Below, one piece after another: positions 59,239 through 64,000 of a stretch of 64,000 nucleotides of DNA. The position numbers were made by a program, and so were the translations under genes. The notes under the pieces were generated by a model. That model saw only the letters and a program-made list of their open reading frames with translations. It did no database searches and had not been told where the DNA came from. The number at the start of each line of letters is the position of its first letter. The stretch's first letter is position 1. Origin of the DNA: Chrysomallon squamiferum (lineage: Eukaryota; Animalia; Mollusca); the NCBI GenBank assembly GCA_012295275.1, contig CM022679.1, forward strand, positions 21,886,001 through 21,950,000. Reading direction: 5' to 3'.

Positions 59239-59888
59239 ATAGTAGTAGTAGTATTTTCGTTATATAAACAATACTTTGATCACAAGATACTTCTACCACT
59301 GCATTACATGTCATACTAAAAATTCGTTTAATCCAGTCGTTCAGTGTGAAACAACCTTTAACAATAACCGTTATCGTTCGAAATAAACGTTAAGTGCGAC
59401 GGTACCGTTTTCTCCTGATGAAGAATATTATGGCAGATCATCACGAAATATTTTCCTATTTATTGGAGCCGATAGCACTTAACTTTCACTGTACAGGATT
59501 AGTGTTTTGCGTTTGTGGCCAACGTTTGTCCATGCTAGCGAAAACAAAGACTTGTTTAGCGTGCGCCGACAGAAAATTATCTGCGTTAACGGACAGTTAT
59601 TTTCATTCTTATCAGTAAGTGATGGATGGACGGTCACACGTAATAACTTTTATAATCCCTTTACTTTTCCAAATACTCTTCCATTATCGCATATTACGTT
59701 CCGTAATAACTATCCATTACTGCATATTATGTTCTGTAACTGCTGTTCATTTTGCTTATAATAAACAGTGATAAGTATCTATTATTGTGTATTATATATA
59801 TATATAGGTATTACGGTCATGAGTACTCATTATTTGTAATACCTGTAGTTAAGGTGTTAATTTGAACGATAAATACAGTGATAGACGA

Positions 59889-59975
<87 letters not shown>

Positions 59976-60511
59976 TTTTAACTTGATTATTATTCACAAT
60001 ATATACTCTAAATGCACTTACTGTTCCTTTCTAGACTTCTGTTTCAATTGCTGTGTATTATTTATAACTATAATCTCAACTTTAATTTGATATAACTGTC
60101 TTTCTCTAGCACTGCGTATTACGTGTAGATAGTATTAGTTACAGCGACACCTATAATCTAATGTGTATAATGTAGTATGTAAAGAACTTTACTGCGTTTT
60201 ATCTGTATTTTCTGTCGTACGGTTATCTATATCATTCATATACGTATTATATGTGTGCTGTATTTATGTATTTACAACATAATTATTATGCACAGGATAG
60301 CTATCATTTATTAATGTTATTGCGCTAGTTTTGTTGACATATATATTACGTCATAATTGTTACTGGTTTAGTTACGTATTTTCGTTGGTACATCCCATAT
60401 GAAGAAAGTTTCTGAATACGTACCGATAATTCATTTTGTATTCTAAGCTAGAGAACATGTTAGTGACGTAATACCTTTTATTTTATTTTTTATTTTTTAT
60501 TTTTATTTTTT

Positions 60512-60545
<34 letters not shown>

Positions 60546-60798
60546 TCCTATATTTTAGAACTATTAATTTATATACGTTCTTTGGTGCGATCGATTTATG
60601 AAATGTTTTTTGGTACATGTTAAGATTTATTATACATGTTTATGGATAATCGTTATGTGGTAATTTGTTTTTCCTAGCTTTCTACATTATTTTATTATTG
60701 TTGTTGTGTTTGTTATGTGTAAATATTTGTGTGAACGCGCATAGACACACACACATAAATATGTGTGTTTGATATATATTTTTAATTCGTTTTGTGGA

Positions 60799-60882
<84 letters not shown>

Positions 60883-61645
60883 AGTTTTCATATAGCTATA
60901 TTTTTTGATATGCAGTGGTACCTCAACTTGCCAAAACGGTCCGAGTTACGAGCGAGCTTAAGATACGCTGTCGCTAGTTGGCGCAACAAACGATATAACA
61001 TCCGGCCAGCATCCCAAGTCTCACTCGTTTATTTCACGCGGTTATTGAGAAGAAGAAGCGAATGATGTCCATTGAATTAAAGCATAAAATCACAGAAAAA
61101 TATTTTGTACATGTTCTCGATTTGGCTAGGCAGTACTTCTAGGCGTTGTACTTCTACGAAATGTACCGTACTGAGGCAGAACGAGTCAATAAAGGCTGTA
61201 ACTCCAGCCAAAGGCGTTAAAATAATTTGTCTGATCTCCAAGATAAATACACTTTACAAAACCAATTTATTTCTTTACATTCTCTTTTATTTTATTTTTA
61301 TAGAACATTTGTCATTTATAAATGCATTTTTCTTATTTAAAAACACGTTACAAAAAATTATTAATAATAAAAAAAAATATATTTGGTGATTTCTGGGGAT
61401 CTGGAACGGATTAACGTTATTTCAATTAATTGATTTGATATACGAGCAAACTGATATACGACCTTGGTCACGGAACGAATTAAACTCGTAAGTCAAGGTA
61501 CCACTGTATTCTTGATCTGTTCACCTGTATCAGTTAACACATTTCCTGTCTTTGAACAAGTTATTATTATTTTATCTCCTTTTTTTAAAAATGTTTTTGG
61601 CTATTGTTCTTGTAATGTTCTTATGTACAAAATGTATATCTCTAT

Positions 61646-61681
<36 letters not shown>

Positions 61682-62571
61682 TATGTTTTGGTTATTTGTG
61701 GTGTGTTTTTGTGTATGTGTGTGTGTGTAAATAATTTGTTGTGTGTTCTTTTGGTATAAATATCTTTAGCTAATTTTACACTTTATATTTCTTCTTCTTT
61801 TCCTTTTTTTTTTTTTTTTTTTTACAAATCTTTATATCTATTACATGTTCGTTATTTTTATGTAAATGACTTTGATTACCGGTGATGCGTCTTTTTGTGT
61901 AAACGTTCTTTTATTCAGCAAGTGCGTTTTACATGTAATTCATCCAACGTTGCCGGCGTGCTGAGTTTCAGATTCATCATCGGTGCTCCCAGCTTCTACT
62001 TGACAATGAAGGAAAACAGTTACTTGCGCATTCAAATCATTTCTCCTCTGTATTACACCATCTGTTAAGGACTGTGACCTTTAGAAACTGCAGTATGAGG
62101 AAATTGGACTGTATTGATCTTGGCTTGTTTTTGCACAGGAGCCTGTACGCTACGACAACGGCTGGGAGTAGAAGGGTGCTGGCGACAACAGTATACCACG
62201 TCAATAAGAACCAGTGGCTTTTAGAAGCTTCAAATTATTTGTAAAGAACGTTTAAACATAAGATTTTTATTATTACTGTTACTTTTAAATATTCTTCACT
62301 TGCTTTCAAAGCTGTTTCAAGGATGCTGGTTTCAGCGGTTTTCTGCTTCAAGAAGAGGTCATCGCGTCTCGCTCCCACTAACAAGAAAATTAGGACCGGA
62401 CCTGAACTGCGATAAGATATGGCTGTTTAAAACTTGGTTGAAACGAAGGTCGCGTGCAAGGATAAATTAGTTTGTGTTCTGGTTTTTCCTTCCAAACATT
62501 GAAAACGGGAAGATGATAAGTGGTCGGTTTGTTTTCAGAAACGTCTGTCGACATCAGCTATTGGTTTTAAC

Positions 62572-62641
62572 TGTTTCTTGTAACGATTCTGAAATTAACT
62601 CTAACTTGTCTCTTGTAACGATTCTGAAATTAACTCTAACT
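62572..62641. repeat. 35-bp tandem duplication
   Basis: tgtYtcttgtaacgattctgaaattaactctaact occurs twice, with one mismatch. Confidence 0.9.
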
Positions 62642-64000
62642 GCCGGCAGAACGGGTTTTTTCACCTGTTGATAGGATTTCCCTTCGTTTTGTCTGTGTTC
62701 TTATAAACATGTTGTGTACTTTCGTTTATTTTTAAAGCCTCTGGTATGTCCTTTCATGACTTTGTAAATATAAAATATTTCTGCGTACTGTTACTTGTAT
62801 TCATTAACAGTGGCGATAGTATGGTCATGGTAGTTGTAGTAGTAGATGGAGTGGTTGTGGTGGGAGTGGTGGTGTAGCAGTGGAATGTACTTCTAATAAT
62901 AGCAGAAGCAGCAAACACACGTACATACATACATACACACATACAGACATACACACACACACATACATACATACATACATACACACACACACATACAGAC
63001 ATACATACACACATACATACATACATACATACATACACATACATACATACATACATACACACACACACATACAGACATACATACACACATACACATAGAT
63101 ACATACATACACATACACATGCATGCACAGACACACATATACATGCACACGCCACACACACAAACACATTCATACACATGACCGCACGTGCACAAACATA
63201 CACGCACGCACATACATACATACATACAAAGATACACACACACATACATACATACACACAGATAGATACATACACATAAACACACACACAAACACACATA
63301 CATAATCATCACCGCACCTTACATACAATCACAAAGAATCCTAAATTTAAAAATTCTTTATCATAAATCATCATACAATATCTCTGTAATTTTTTTCCCA
63401 ACCTTAATTTTCAACGAAACCAAAAAAAAAAAAAAAAAAAAAAATGTTAATAAAGAGACTATTTATTTTATACCCGACTAAGCGGAAGCACTATCGATTT
63501 CTAGTTATTTATCTCAGATTTACTTACAGTGGCTAAGATAAACTTGCGGTATCCTAGCTGAAGAGAACGAACTTATCTGGTCACGTGATACCTTCATTAA
63601 CCATTATTTGCTGTTTCTTTTACGGGAAGCACCAGGTATTCAATAAAGTCACTTTGATCATTAGTCGAGTTTTTTTTCTCTTTTTTTTCTTTTTTTCCTT
63701 TTCCTTTCTTTTTCTTTCTTTTTCTTTTTTTTTTTTTTTTTTTTCTTTGCAAAGGTAATTAAATTATTTAGGCTGCTCTGTCGTTATTATTCCATGTCAG
63801 GAAATGTATATTTATTTATTTATTTATTTTTAAAAGAAGAAGAAAAAGAGTATTAGGGCGAAATAAATAAAACAAAGGAGGAAGGAAGGAAAGAGGAAGA
63901 AGGAATAAAAGAAAGGTAGGTAGATGGATAGACAGACAGAGAGAGACACAGATAGACAGAGTGACAGAAAAAGCGAGAATATTTTCACACACACACACAC

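Overview
AT-rich, microsatellite-dense animal genomic DNA, probably a lophotrochozoan/gastropod mollusc (inferred from the SINE remnants and repeat landscape). It is not prokaryotic, so there is no CRISPR or operon content. One protein-coding gene is well supported: a minus-strand synaptotagmin-17 (B/K-like, no transmembrane helix, N-terminal Cys cluster, tandem C2A-C2B). It is built from exons 40219-41067, 38348-38468 and 30754-31106, all with canonical GT-AG junctions and consistent phases, plus a probable 9-nt first coding exon (ATG GAT TTG, 52514-52522), giving about 443 aa. The rest is intron/intergenic DNA with at least 5 decayed copies of one tRNA-type SINE, a 44-bp minisatellite, small duplications and many simple repeats; almost every other ORF in the track is a simple-repeat artefact. 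Best leads: 14 perfect CRE palindromes plus a TTACGTAA cluster in and around the gene, a C2B domain that keeps more acidic Ca2+-ligand positions than human SYT17 (as I recall it), a U1-snRNA-like relic, a recursive-splice-like AG|GT site, a candidate 18-nt microexon and a possible first exon of a second minus-strand gene near 23 kb. I found no clear novel multi-gene system; these leads are hypotheses.
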